Shown here: positions 40,307 to 54,773 of the stretch, piece after piece
Numbering within the stretch: the stretch's first letter is position 1
How the letters are laid out: each line of letters opens with the position of its first letter
Source: Octopus vulgaris
Lineage: Eukaryota
Assembly (NCBI GenBank): GCA_951406725.2
Contig: OX597825.1
Location: 16,492,001-16,556,000, forward strand
Length of the DNA stretch: 64,000 bases
Direction: 5' to 3'
Position numbers and translations under genes: made by a program
Notes under the pieces: model-generated
Told to the model about the DNA's origin: nothing
What the model saw: the letters and a program-made list of their open reading frames with translations, nothing else
Database searches by the model: none

Positions 40307-40486
40307 AGTTAATCCAAACAAGAAAGCACAAAAAACACAACAACGCGAGGACGTGGAACAAATATAGTATTATTGGACGCTCAGGAAAGAAAGAAAGAAG
40401 GAGGGCTTAACGTTTCGAGCGGAGCTCTTCGTCGGAAACATAGGAGAAAGAAAGATCCAGAGAAGGGAAGACAGAGGAAAAAAAAT
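40307..40486 (-). mobile_element. Second copy of the 1520-1726 element, with hammerhead-like motif at 40405-40439
   Basis: Minus strand gtttCCGACGAA-GAGCtccGCTC-GAAACGTT-aagc. Confidence 0.75.
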
Positions 40487-41420
40487 ATATATGTGTGTAA
40501 TAAGAGTAGAAATTGATAATCTTAAATAATATTATTATATAATATCAATTTCAGCCAGTGGTCAATTTCAGTCCGTGGTCCGTGAATTCTATTTAGATAT
40601 AAACAATAGGGAGACCACTATGTGGATCCCTTGTATGCTGAAAATAGACGTCAACCGTCTTGCCACGAAATCTACGTTCTCATATTAGCAAGACGTAGAA
40701 TTGTACGAACAAAACAAGCTATGGAATTAAGTGCTATATTTATTTCTTTTCATTTGTCTAGCTCGTAAAACATATGTTGGTTTGTTTCGTCGCTGTAACT
40801 TAGCGATTCAGCAAACGATCCAATATTGAAGTAATTCGTTAAAAAGAAAGACGTCGGTGTCTATGAATTCGGATAGATTAAATATATCTCATGATTATTT
40901 CTCTGAGAATGAGTATTCTTTTAATATAAAAATAATATGCTTAATATTATTATCATTATCATTAATGCATAGACATTCAATAATGAGACGTTGACATCGG
41001 GTTATATATATATATATATATATGGTTTTATATATATATATATATATGGTTTTATATATATATATATATATATATAACACAAAACAAGACGATTTCGTCC
41101 GCCATGTTTGCAACAAATATTTGCTCCTACAAAATGGGTGAGAGAGGGCGAAGACATTATTAAGTATGTCTTTGATGTTTAACTAAGCAATCAACTAACA
41201 TCAAAACGATAACAAATTTGTTTGCATGATTTGTTTTCTTATGATATCTTAATTGTTGTAAATCTCTTTAACGGCGCAATCTAAAGAACGTATTAGCGAA
41301 GTGCTGTGAAGATGGCGCCTGGTTGTGTATATATTTTATGTTATTATAAACCTCTGCCGCTATGATTTAAATATTCTGAAGGTTTCTATGTTATTTATTT
41401 ATAACATTGTTTAGTATATA

Positions 41421-41622
41421 GGCGGCGAGCTGGCAGAATCGTTAGTTCGCCGGGCAAAATGCTTAGCGGCATATCGTCCGTCTTTACTTTCTGTGTCCAA
41501 AACTTCGCCGAAGCTGGCTTTATTTTTCATTCTTTTGGGGTCGATAAAATAAGTACCAGTTGAGGACTGGGAGTCGATGCAATCGGCTTACACCCACATC
41601 AAAATTGCTGGTCTTGTGCCAG
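41421..41622 (+). mobile_element. SINE family A variant
   Basis: ggcggcgagctggcagaatcgttag...ggggtcgataaaataagtaccag. Confidence 0.85.
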
Positions 41623-41875
41623 TATCTGATGCCAATGTAAGTTTGGAATTGCCCTTCTCAATGAAACTAAGTCACGTACAGCAATGTAGTTCAAACGTTA
41701 AACGATTAGTAGTGTTCAGAGAAGCAGGTATTCTTAGGCAATTTTGGTGCAGTAAAACACATTTTGATTAAGAAAAAAAACACCCCATTAATTATCTCCC
41801 CTTTAAGTGCATTAAACAGGTTAGTGTCAAGATATTAATTTATTTCACAATAATTATAATTTCATGTACTGTAAA

Positions 41876-41876
<1 letters not shown>

Positions 41877-41908
<32 letters not shown>

Positions 41909-42107
41909 ATTTGGCTCAAAAGCAAATAACAAGGCCATGTAGGGGGACATGGAGTTAAGTACAAGGTGGTGTTCATGTAAAGAGTTCAGGCCACTTGAGG
42001 TCCAGGGAGGCTTTGAACAAAGCGGTCGTCGGCATCTTCACCATCTCGTCTGGCAGCTTGTTCCACGGATCCGCAACCCGGACGGAGAAAGCTCCTCTCC
42101 TTCGATT
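41877..42107 (-). mobile_element. CR1-clade LINE 3-prime end with (CTAA)n tail
   Basis: NRRRGAFSVRVADPWNKLPDEMVKMPTTALFKASLDLKWPELFT* then short UTR and tetranucleotide tail. Confidence 0.9.
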
Positions 42108-42786
42108 GTTAATTGGAACTATCTCAGATGTACCTTATATATGCATTGATATGTATCAATCGTATAGACCATGCATTTTCTTTATAGAAATACAATGTGT
42201 ACATTTATGAGGCTTTAGAATGAGACGGCCATTTAACACAAATATTACTCATTTTAAAGACCATATCTGAAATATGCTGAACGGGTGTAAACAATTTAGG
42301 GAAAACGTTGTTTCACCTTCTTTCTATAATTATGTTTTACAGATTAATCTTAAACTACTGGAACTCGGGAAAAGAAAATATTTCAAATACTAAGTTATAA
42401 AAAATTCAGGTAAATATGCAATGATTACATTTCACTATGTACAATGCATATGAAAGAGAAAAATATATTATCAAGTAACGATATATAAGCACATACAGAC
42501 ACTTGCATAATTCTGCCTTTATTACGAAGATGTATACGTGCCCATATATACACGCAAACATATACACACGCCGGCACGAATCTGAACATACGCTCACATA
42601 TAGAATATAATAATATATAAATATATTAATTACATATGTGTGTATATATATATATATATGCATGTATTTGTCGGTACATATCTATATATATATATATGAG
42701 CACATGTGTGACTGTGTCGTACGTCTGTGTATGAGATTAAATACATGCGAAATCTATGTAAGAGAAAATTATTTTTGTAATCAAGC

Positions 42787-42940
<154 letters not shown>

Positions 42941-43191
42941 ACATTCACTGACATATACGCATAATCAATCCAAACACCCCAAAAGGAACACCTGCAAAAT
43001 TCTTAATTATATAATTAAAAATGTTCATATAATTTATTGAATTCATATTTTAAAGGTAAACACAAATTATGTTTATTCATAATCAGATTCTAATTTGTAA
43101 TTCTTACGACATGATTAGCTTCTAATATTGTTTTATTTTACTCTAACGCTCACCATGAGTTCCCGGTAATTCGAGCTGTTATTCTTTATTT

Positions 43192-43349
43192 GAGTGGCTG
43201 TGTGGTAAGTAGCTTGCTAACCAGCAACATGGTTCCGGGTTCAGTCCCACTGCGTGGCATCTTGGGCAAGTGACTTCTGCTATAGCCCCGGGCCGACCAA
43301 TGCCTTGTGAGTGGATTTGGTAGACGGAAACTGAAAGAAACCTGTCGTA

Positions 43350-43400
<51 letters not shown>

Positions 43401-43610
43401 TTGTGTGTCTGTGTTTGTCCCCCTAGCATTGCTTGACAACCGATGCTGGTGTGTTTACGTCCCCGTCACTTAGCGGTTCGGCAAAAGAGGCCGATAGAAT
43501 AAGTACTGGCATTACAAAGAATAAGTCCCGGGGTCGATTTGCTCGACTAAAGGCGGTGCTCCAGCATGGTCGCAATCGAATGACTGAAACAAGTAAAAGA
43601 GTAAAAGAGT
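43192..43610 (+). mobile_element. SINE family B, near full length
   Basis: Colinear with 14321-14741. Confidence 0.9.
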
Positions 43611-45300
43611 ATATATTTTCTGTCAAACTTCTTAATTCTAAAATTCGGTTTAATCTGTCAACCATTTGCACGAGCGTTCATATCTTTAATTCAGTCCATG
43701 ACGAAATCAAGTCTCAGTTTTATGATCCTAAATAGAAAAGCAATTTCGCAAAATTGGGACAACAGCTGCTCGTTTGAGAAATGAGCCCAAGCGTTGGTGG
43801 GGTGGTTTTTGAAGCGAGTGCCACTAGCCATTGTCCGCGGCATCACCTTTGCAATGTTGTCCGCTAAGTGCAGCCAAATGCACCATTTTGTCTGGAGCGT
43901 ACGCCATTCGTTCTGGAGCGTACAACTCCCCCACCTCATCGTTTTCTGCTTAATCCCTCCTTTTTTTTTCTTTTATTCCTTGGTGAGGTACTTACAGATA
44001 TTTTTCTTCTCGATAACTTATCTAACTGGGCAAAAAGAGACGGGGTGTTTTTCGTGTTTGCTTTTAATGGCTAGTCTAGAGGAGAAATGAAAGTGCTTCA
44101 ACAATTTTCAAGGCCACCGATATTAGTGGAGGAAAAAAGAGATTATTATCGGTCATATAGCAACTTGCCTTGAATAGTTGCAAACGATAAAAAAAAAACT
44201 CCTTCAAAGATATCCAATCTCCAAGTGGTGCTGATGAACCAGGTGACAAATCACGTCCACGTTCCATGTACTGGAACTATAAATCTGACGAGATTCCGCA
44301 GAGTTTTTATGTACCAAATTTTCTACAGAATTCTTTTGTTTGAATCAAAGCTCTGATAGAACCTCTTACTCTAGGTGCGGCGCGGCGAGAACACATACGC
44401 CATCATATATTTGAGAAACGAAATTAGTGACCACGATGCTATAATTATGGCTACTTAGAATATTGCTAATCTAGGAAAGTGTAGGCTGTTCTGTGAATGT
44501 AATAAGATGCTATAGTAAAATTTATTCCGTGTAATAGAAATGAGCGCAGTGACATATCCTTTATAGAGAATGAAATATTACATTCAAGAAATATACCACA
44601 TAATTGTGCCACAATCACCAAGTTCTGTTATTTTTTTTATATAACGGTGTATTTCTATTTGGTCATTCCACAGATCCTATGATGAGCATCTTTTTAGGAA
44701 GGACAAGCATGATTGATCTAAAAAAAAAGACTAGAAAACTTTAGATGAGATTAAGGGTTTATGTTTTGTAAACATTGATAAAGTGGCTTCTGTCAGCAAA
44801 GACTTTTTCAGTAATTGGAGCTTTCAGGAAAAAAATCCCTATTACAAATCCCGGAATGTGTCAGGAACCTTCTAATAGTCCGTTTGGATTCATTTCTTAC
44901 ATCATTTGCAAGGAGAGTTATTGGATGCATAATTCTTCTTGATGCAAGAAACCTGTTTAGTGAGCATTTTAGAAAAAAATTATTTGTTTAAAAGTTTCTT
45001 TTTCTACCTGAAAAATATTCTCTTCGTTACTGATCATAATTCATGATGTAACGGAATATTTTATCTTTTCCTTTTAATACGACAATAAAGGGTAAGGAAT
45101 ATAATGTCCTTTATCATTGTAGGCCATTACGGGCTTGTAAGATTGTCGTGGATGATATACTGCATGAAAATCTACAGGTAAATGCTGAGAGGAAAAAAAC
45201 CCAAACATCATGGACAGGAGGAACTCGCATAACGACATCGAAAAAGCAGAAGTAATGGTTTAAAACCATGCAGCATATATTAGCCTGAGCCCTAACATTA

Positions 45301-45340
<40 letters not shown>

Positions 45341-45343
<3 letters not shown>

Positions 45344-45600
45344 AGGCGCGTGGCATAGTGTTTAGGATGTTAGCATTATGATCGTAACATTGTGGCTTCG
45401 ATTCTTGGACCGGGTGACGCGTTGTGTTCTTGAGCAAAACACTTCATTTCACGTTGCTCCAGTCCACTCAGCTGGCAGAAATGAGTAACGCTGCGATGGA
45501 CTGGCGTCCCGTCCAGCTGGGAAAACATACGCCATAGAAACCGAGAAACCGGGCCCATGAGCCTGGCTAGGCTTTAAAAGGGCGCATTTATTTTTATTTT
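45341..45600 (+). mobile_element. tRNA-headed CORE-like SINE sharing its tail with the 13409 SINE
   Basis: TGGCATAGTG A-box, GCTTCGATTC B-box, tgtgttcttgagcaaaacacttc, tail ctgcgatggactggcgtcccgtccag. Confidence 0.88.
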
Positions 45601-45602
45601 TC

Positions 45603-45880
<278 letters not shown>

Positions 45881-46452
45881 GTGTGTGTGTGTGAGAGAGT
45901 TGTGAGTGTCTGAAGCATTGAGTTGTTGAGATGATAAACGATTCGCCTTGATGAAGGAGGATGAAACTGAAGCTCTATCTGATAGACTGAGTTGAAAGCA
46001 AGGATTGGTATTGCAATAGACAGAAACCCTCGAGGCAAAGGGCCTCTAATACTGGAAGCGAAAGTAGTTAGGATTTAACCGTGCAGTTTATAAGGAAGAA
46101 GTATATAAAGAAGGAAAGAAAAGATAAATCAGAGGCTTCATTCAGTGGTATAAGCTTCACAATTTTGAAGAGCAATACTCAAAGTGGCTGTATTTATTGA
46201 AGATGTCTGATCTAGCATTTAAATTGTCCACACTTTTGATGTGCTTCATTAGTATGAAGATGAATTCAAAGCTAAAGAAAAATGCATGCAATCGTCCATG
46301 AAAAACGCATAAGCTATTTCTGTGTGCATGTGAATGTAAATATATACGTATAAACGGCCATACATTACAATAAACTCACATATATGTATGTATATATATC
46401 TATATATATATATTGCAAATAAGAAAATGAAGAGAACACTAATTCTTGGAGT

Positions 46453-46524
<72 letters not shown>

Positions 46525-46655
46525 TGTGTGTATATATATGTATGCATAGATATATATCCATACATAGAAGCATACATATATGCACATATATAAATACAAA
46601 ATAAATATATCTATACATTCACGCACACACATATATACAAACAAGCATACATACA

Positions 46656-46687
<32 letters not shown>

Positions 46688-47019
46688 CATACATGCACAT
46701 ACATACATACATACATACATACATACATACATACATACATACATACATACATAGATACATACATACATACATATATATATATACACAGAATTTTAGATAC
46801 AAATGCGAAGATTCGCCATTAATTTCACTTAACTTTTTCAATAAGCTCCCAGGAAGAGCAACATTAAGAGGCAAATTGCAATGTAACCTACTGGTACCCG
46901 TCAAAGGGATTTACACACAAAAGAATTGTTTTACAAAACGAATGCGAGATAACAGGGCTACAACTAGGAAAACAAAAGTAGACGTATGGCACTACTAACG
47001 TCAACATCGTTGATGCAGA

Positions 47020-47062
47020 CGATGACGACGTCAACGACGAAGACGATGATTGATGATGATGA

Positions 47063-47148
<86 letters not shown>

Positions 47149-47178
47149 AAAAATAATAATAATAATAATAATAATAAT

Positions 47179-47249
<71 letters not shown>

Positions 47250-47266
47250 TAATAATAATAAGAGTA

Positions 47267-47298
<32 letters not shown>

Positions 47299-47464
47299 AA
47301 TAATAATAATAATAGTAATAATAATAATAATAATAATAATATTAATAATAATAATAATAATAATAATTATAATAATAATAATAATAATAATAATGATAAT
47401 AATAATAAGAGTAATAATAATAATAATAATAATAATATTAAAAATAATATTAGTAATATTAATG

Positions 47465-47531
<67 letters not shown>

Positions 47532-47560
47532 GAGTAATAATGATGATGATGATGATAATA
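47020..47560. repeat. (AAT)n array with higher-order unit aataataagagtaat
   Basis: Direct inspection. Confidence 0.95.
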
Positions 47561-47665
47561 ACGCTGAACAACATTACAAGCAGAAAACAGCTTGAATAAC
47601 AACTCACTGAAAATTAATGACAGAAAATAACAATTTCTTAAAGAAAATGCTGTACTTATGTGAAT

Positions 47666-47699
<34 letters not shown>

Positions 47700-47745
47700 T
47701 TGTATGTATATATATATATGTATGTATGCATGTATGTATGTATAC

Positions 47746-47849
<104 letters not shown>

Positions 47850-47967
47850 AGGTGTGTGTATGCATATATATATATGTTTATACAGAGAGATGTAACTATA
47901 TATCTCTCTATATGAATATATATATATATATATATATGCATACACTCCACACACATACATACATACG

Positions 47968-48022
<55 letters not shown>

Positions 48023-48063
48023 GTGAGTGCGTGTATGCATATATATATTTATATAGAGAGATA

Positions 48064-48117
<54 letters not shown>

Positions 48118-48646
48118 CATACACGCACTCATACACACATACACACAGCTATATATACATTCCCCACAAAAGATAGAACGGAAGGTTAGCGGCAGATGGA
48201 CTGAGAGCGCATAGAGTGCGACAGGAAGTGAAGGGGACAGTGATTGAAGAGAGGAGCCGGTGGTGCAATATGGAGTAGTAGGAGGAAACAGACGCGTAGT
48301 TTGAAAAATGTTCAACAAAAGCTACTGTATTGCCTGTGACAGAAGACATGACAAATTGAAATGTGTTTCTCTTCTGAAAGAGGGAATGTTACGGGGGAGA
48401 GAACGGGAGAAAGTAATGCAATTGTGGGTGAAGGAATGCAGCGCAAGGAAGAGGAGGTTTATATATGTTATATAGGTGTATATGTATGTATGTATGTACG
48501 AAATTGAAATGTATGAATGTGTGTATGTGTGTATACATATACATATATATTTATATTCATATACATTGATATTCATATACATGCATACATATGTACACAC
48601 GCACACATACACATATATATATATACATATATATCTGTATATAAGA

Positions 48647-48688
<42 letters not shown>

Positions 48689-48689
48689 C

Positions 48690-48845
48690 TTACTCTTTTA
48701 CTTGTTTCAGTCATTTGACTGTGGTCATGCTAGAGCACCGTCTTTTAGTCGAGCAAATCGACCCCAGGACTTATTCTTTGTAAGCCTAGTACTTATTCTA
48801 TCGATATCTTTTGCCGAACTACTAAGTAACGGGGACATAAACACA

Positions 48846-48880
<35 letters not shown>

Positions 48881-49062
48881 TGTGTGTCTGTGTTTGTCCC
48901 CACCACCATCACTTGACAACCGATGCTGGTGTGTGATTACGTCCCTGTTACTTAGTGTTTCAGCAAAAGAAACCGATAGAATAAGTCCTAGGGTCGATTT
49001 GTTCGACTACAGGCGATGCTCCAGCATGGCCGATGTGAAATGACTGCAACAAGTAAAAGGAA
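48690..49062. mobile_element. Two SINE family B 3-prime halves in inverted orientation around (TA)n
   Basis: 48690-48848 (-) and 48877-49062 (+). Confidence 0.85.
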
Positions 49063-49153
49063 AAAGAATGTATTCATGCATATATCTCGATATGCATAGG
49101 TATATATCGCTATCTTTATATGCATACGCACATATACATACATGCAAATAGAG

Positions 49154-49185
<32 letters not shown>

Positions 49186-49284
49186 TCTAAATATGTATGC
49201 ATGTATGTATATATGTATGAATGTATGTATCACTGTATGTATGTGTGTATGCATGAATACATACATACGTGTGTGTGCATGAAT

Positions 49285-49322
<38 letters not shown>

Positions 49323-49326
<4 letters not shown>

Positions 49327-49396
49327 CATCCTCATTTATGTGTATGCTAGTGTATATATATATATACACTAGCATACACATAAATGAGGATGCGAT
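49323..49396. repeat. Perfect 74-bp palindrome centred on (TA)7
   Basis: atcgcatcctcatttatgtgtatgctagtg-(ta)7-cactagcatacacataaatgaggatgcgat. Confidence 0.97.
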
Positions 49397-49479
49397 TATT
49401 TTTATATATGTATATATATATATATGTGTGTGTGTGCGTATGTGTGTTTGTATGTATATATGTATACACACACAAGCGC

Positions 49480-49536
<57 letters not shown>

Positions 49537-50329
49537 TGCGCATACATATATATATATTCGTGTAGATATATAGTTAGAGACATGCGTATATATCATATTC
49601 AGAGGAAAGAAAATGGACGTACACTGATAAATGAGAAAAAAAAAATCGCGATAAGTTCGAGCTTAGAAATTGAAAATAGTATATAAAATGAAATACAAGA
49701 CAATGAAAGAATTCTTACAAAAATGGCAAAGATTTATAAAGAAGACAAACTGTTTGACGAATTTGCAAAAATAAACGACAATAAATTGAATTGAATTGAA
49801 CTGAAATGTAAAAAGATAAAGAAAAACATGAATGAGATGAAGTATAAAATTTGAAGAAAATAAATATGAAATGACTAAAGGAACAATGAATGAAAATAAT
49901 ACTTTTGGGACTGAGGGAAACTGCAGTAAAATGATAGTAATGCGACATAGAAGAGGGAATTGAGAATATGAGAAGGGGGGAGGGAAACATGGAGGAGAAT
50001 GAGTGGGAGTAGATAGAGGTGAAGAAATATTTGGAGGAAAAAATAATTTGAGATAAGAAAAAAATAAGGTTTTTGAGGGTTGGAAGAAAAGGAGGGGGGG
50101 GGGGGAGAAGTGGGGACGTAGTAGTCGAAGTAGTAGAAGAAAGAAAAATAAGAAAATATGACTTTGGAGAAAGAAAGACAAAAATGGAGAAGGGTGGGGG
50201 AAAAATTAAGAGGAAAAATAGTAATTAGATACAAGAAAAAAAGGTGCTTCAAGAAGAATGAGAAATGAAGGAGTAGTTGGAGGAAGAGAAGGAGTAGAAG
50301 ACAAGGAAGAAGAAGAAAAAGGAGCAGAG

Positions 50330-50810
50330 GTGGTAGTAGTAGTATTTGTAGTAGTCATAGTAGAAGAAAAAGATGATAATGATGATGATGATAATGAATA
50401 AGAAGGAGATGATAATGATGATGATGAAGAAGAAGAAGAGGAAGAAGAAAAAGAAGAAAAAGAAGAAAAAGAAGAAGAAGAAGAAAAGAAGTAGAAGAAG
50501 AAAAAGAAGAAGCAGAAGAAGAAAAGGAAGGAGAAGAAAAAGAAGAAAAAGAAGTAGAAGAAGAAGAAGAAGAAAAAGAAGAAGAAAAAGAAGAAGAAGA
50601 AGAAGAAGAAGAAGAAGAAAAAAAAGAAGAAAAAGAAGAAGAAAAAGAAGTAGAAGAAGGAGAAGAAGGAGAAGAAAAAGAAGAAGAAAAAGAAGAAGAA
50701 GAAGAAGAAGAAGAAGAAGAAGATGATGATGATGATGAAGAGATGAAAAGTAAGAAAGATGAAGAAAAGCAAGACTGTGGAAGAGAACAAAAGAAAGAAG
50801 AAAGAGGAAG
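50330..50810. repeat. Polypurine (GAA)n-rich array
   Basis: Direct inspection. Confidence 0.95.
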
Positions 50811-51151
50811 TCAGAAGAAATAAAACAAAATAGAGAGAGAAATTTGGAAGACTAGAAAATATTTCGAAAAAGTAAATAAATAAAAGGAATTAGTGTTTAA
50901 GGCACAGTTATGTGACAAAGAATGATACAAATGATTCGGAAAAACGATATCTAAAGTTGGGATGAAGAATAAAAGAGAAAAAGAAATCGGTATATGGCTA
51001 ATGAAAAAGGAAAATGTGGGATAAAAGGATATTTGTTGTGCTTTTAACACAGCACGCCCATAGATGTTATCTCAGTACAAATACCTCAGTAAACTGGCCT
51101 ATTAACTGTGTGTATACATTAAGTATGATAGATATCTCTCTTTCTCTCGCA

Positions 51152-51202
<51 letters not shown>

Positions 51203-51685
51203 CATTTACATATACACATATATATGCATATCAATGTATGTATGTATGTATGTATCTATCTATCTTTCTATCTGTATGCATGTGTGCAGTGCGTGTATTA
51301 TAGAAACACTATAGATTGAATAGCCACATAAGGTAAGTGCCATACATCCTCTCACATAGATCATACACTTTTGAACTATCGAACCTAACTATCTATAAAA
51401 TATTTATCTCTATTATATACAATTATGTACAAAAATTTGTCAGTCTTAATTGGTCAAAATTAACGCAAATTTGTCCAAATTTGGACGAAATGGAAATAGT
51501 TAAACAATGTATTCTTTTAGTCATGTGTCTGCGGCCATGCAGGAGCGCCGCCTTTAGTCGCATTTCAGAGCAGCAAGTGAGAAGACCTCTCCTTCCACCA
51601 TCGTCGTTGAAAGAGCTAAAGCAGATTTTATCTAACGAATTGTAAACCATTCAGAACCTGTACGAATCCATTATTCGACGTATAA

Positions 51686-51999
51686 AGGGGTAAAGACCCC
51701 CTTCGGTCATGAATGACTATGGGATTGCACCTAGCAAGTTACCCTCCTAGACACAAGTCCGGGCAAGGTTGTTTATGGAAGACCAGCAGTCACCCATGCA
51801 TACCAGCCTCCCCTCTCCACGCCACCAGTGTTATCCAAGGGAAAGACAAAGGTCGATACAGCTTGGCACCAGTGACGTCGCAACTCATTTCTACAGCTGA
51901 GTGAACTGGAGCAAGAACACAACACGCAGCCCGGTCCGGGATTCGAGCTCACAACCTCACGATCGTAAGCTCGACGCTCTAACCACTGAGCCATGCGCC
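51686..51999 (-). mobile_element. tRNA-headed SINE with 12-bp TSD
   Basis: GGCGCATGGCTCAGTGGTTAG...GCTCGAATCC; ttcgacgtataa at 51674-51685 and 52000-52011. Confidence 0.92.
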
Positions 52000-52825
52000 T
52001 TCGACGTATAAGAGCTGTGATTAATGGAAAAGTTGGATCGACCCCGAATTAAATAATAAAATTCCCTTTAACAAGGTGTTTTTATGGTTTTGTTGAAGCC
52101 CTGTAGCAAACCGTCGTGTCAGGTTGCAAGTATTAACAACTGCAATATCGTTTCCAATTACCTATTATAAAAAATAACCCAAATAGCAGAAAAATAGAAA
52201 AACCCTAAAGAACAAATGCTTTGCTGCGTTAGAGTTTTAGCAACTTATGAATACTTAAATAAGTTTAGCTCGTAATTCCTTTAAACTTGAGTTTGATACG
52301 TCTATAACTTTCGTATCTACAAGAGGCGGACTGATCACTCGCTATCGAATTACATGCTGTAAAGGAATTGCACAGTTTAACGCTTATAATGCTAAAAACC
52401 TTAGGAGATTTATATAAATTTCTCAATGGCTCTTATATATCTTTATGACAATATTTTACTAACTTATAATTTACGCTAGGGTCTCACATATATTTAAATT
52501 AGGGACTTGAAAATCTCAAGCTATCGGAAATTTTTTCACTGATACATTAGTCGAAATCTCCCAGTAGTCCTGTTAAAATTTAGAGTTGTCAAAACTCCAA
52601 TAAAATTTTTAGCGAGATTACTTTCTCAATAATACACACACACACGCACACACATACACACACTCTGCATATATACATAAATTATTGTACACCCGCACAC
52701 ACCCATACAGCCCCCCACACTCTCTCTCTCACACACACACACTCACTCGTAAACACATGCACGCACATACACACACATATAGCTATACATAGAACATGTA
52801 CATACATTCAAATATATATTTGTGC

Positions 52826-52860
<35 letters not shown>

Positions 52861-53149
52861 GTTGAAAATGCCCAGAGAGTGTATTAAAATTGGTTAGAAT
52901 TTAATTATATTTTAAAATATAGGAACGCACTTTACCGAATTTACATTAGATTTTCAAAAGTGCATTATATATGGAGATGTGTCGCGAATTATGTGTATTA
53001 TGGTCGTTGACATAGAACCATTTTTTAAAGTTGAAATGTGGCTGAGAACGCTATCCGTTAACATACAAATTGATTGGTCAAAGTTCATATATTATGCTCA
53101 TGTGAGAGTTAAGTGAGAAGGTCACATACAAACTTTTCTTTATTGAATA

Positions 53150-53533
53150 CTAGCAGTATCACCCGGCGTTGCTCAGGTTTGTAAGGGAAATAACTATAAA
53201 GCATTTTTAGAGAGTTATAGCCAAAAAATAGCAAAAAAATGGAAAAAAATTATGGTAAATTTTTTTTTTTAGTTAAAAAAGGTGGAGTTGCGTCCCCTAG
53301 ATAGTTTGCGGTTTGTGTTTCTGATTCTCGACCCCATGTCGAATTTATCGATTTTTTTCAGAACTGGGCGAACTTTTCAAAATTTTCGCTGCGTTAGTTT
53401 TGAATTATGACATTGGGCTATGTGTGTGTCAAGTCTCATCAGAATCGGTTGAAAGCCGTGGTCAGGGTGAGGGTACAAGCAAACAGACACACAGAAACAC
53501 GCACAGACAAACTGCCGTTTATATAGAGAGAGA
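53150..53533 (-). mobile_element. Non-autonomous Helitron, second copy
   Basis: Reverse complement of 39913-40283; TC...CTAG ends at an A|T site. Confidence 0.9.
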
Positions 53534-53799
53534 TGACATATACCAGTTAGAAAAGAGAGATGTGAATAAGTGATATAATAACTATTTACATAAAAATATT
53601 ATAAGTAATTATTGTCTATTATTCTGTCGAAGAATGATGCTACCAAGTAGTTCTATTTCCCTCCCATTGAACATGTTAAAACATATCCCCCCTTTTTGTC
53701 AACAAGGTATTGAGTAAGTAAGGTAATAAGGTGTGGAGTAAATGAAGCAGATGATAGCGTCTATATCAATTTTGGTTTTCTTACGAATGAGATCAAGTA

Positions 53800-54240
53800 G
53801 ACATCCTGCAATAATTAATTCATAGGAAAATGCGAATCGTGTATTACTGATGTTTTTTTAATAGCCTGTTTAGCAGTGGCTTGTAATTCTTTCGTAAGCA
53901 GACTTACATTATTAATTCTTGTTTGGTCTGAAGTATTGTCTGCACATTAATAGAATGGAAGACAATAAATTTGTGAGACTTGATTTTCACGTAAGTTCCA
54001 GATGCTAAATGGAATTTGTCTAGTTTTCGGATCACGTATTTGTTGACGATAAATGTTTAATCTCATCCATGCAAGTTTAGTTTGTCCAATGTAATCTTCC
54101 CTGCATCCACTACATTTGAGGACATATAGTAATTTTAATGAACAACCGGCATAATGGTTCTTCACAGTAATAACATGTCCTTACTTAAATTTATAAGACT
54201 TTGGTTGCCATTTGCATTTGATTAATTTGTATGATTCAAA
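53800..54240 (-). mobile_element. Penelope-like GIY-YIG endonuclease remnant
   Basis: ORF 54165-53947 CSLKLLYVLKCSGCREDYIGQT..RLNIYRQQIRDP. Confidence 0.88.
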
Positions 54241-54689
54241 TACCGTTTCTTGGGTCTTGGCTCAATAATGATCTGTTCTGATGGATAATGCTGAATGTTT
54301 CTATTTTTCATGAATTGTGTAATGTAATTAAAGTTAGAGATTTTGGTATAAAGAAGCTTAACATTTAGCATTAAACACTAGCTCCACTGCTATTTCTAGC
54401 ATTTTGTATTGTTTCTTCCACATTCCAGTTAAGCGAAAACATGCTTAGCACAGTAAATAGATAGATAGGTAACTGTTAGATTTGCCAACTGAAGAGAACA
54501 TATTTCGCTGTGAAGGTCTAATGACTCTGAAACATGTCTGTTGCTCTCAATAGTTGATGTACACCAATTGCTGCAATCAGCCAATAAACCACCATCATTT
54601 GTATTGTATATGAAGTATATGAACGAAGTTTTGCTTTCGGTGTACTATAATATCTGTATATACATACATGCATATATGCATACATATAT

Positions 54690-54773
<84 letters not shown>

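Noticed and set aside
43691-44090. Overlapping ORFs as a gene or Tx1 fragment
   Set aside because: No diagnostic motif could be confirmed by eye
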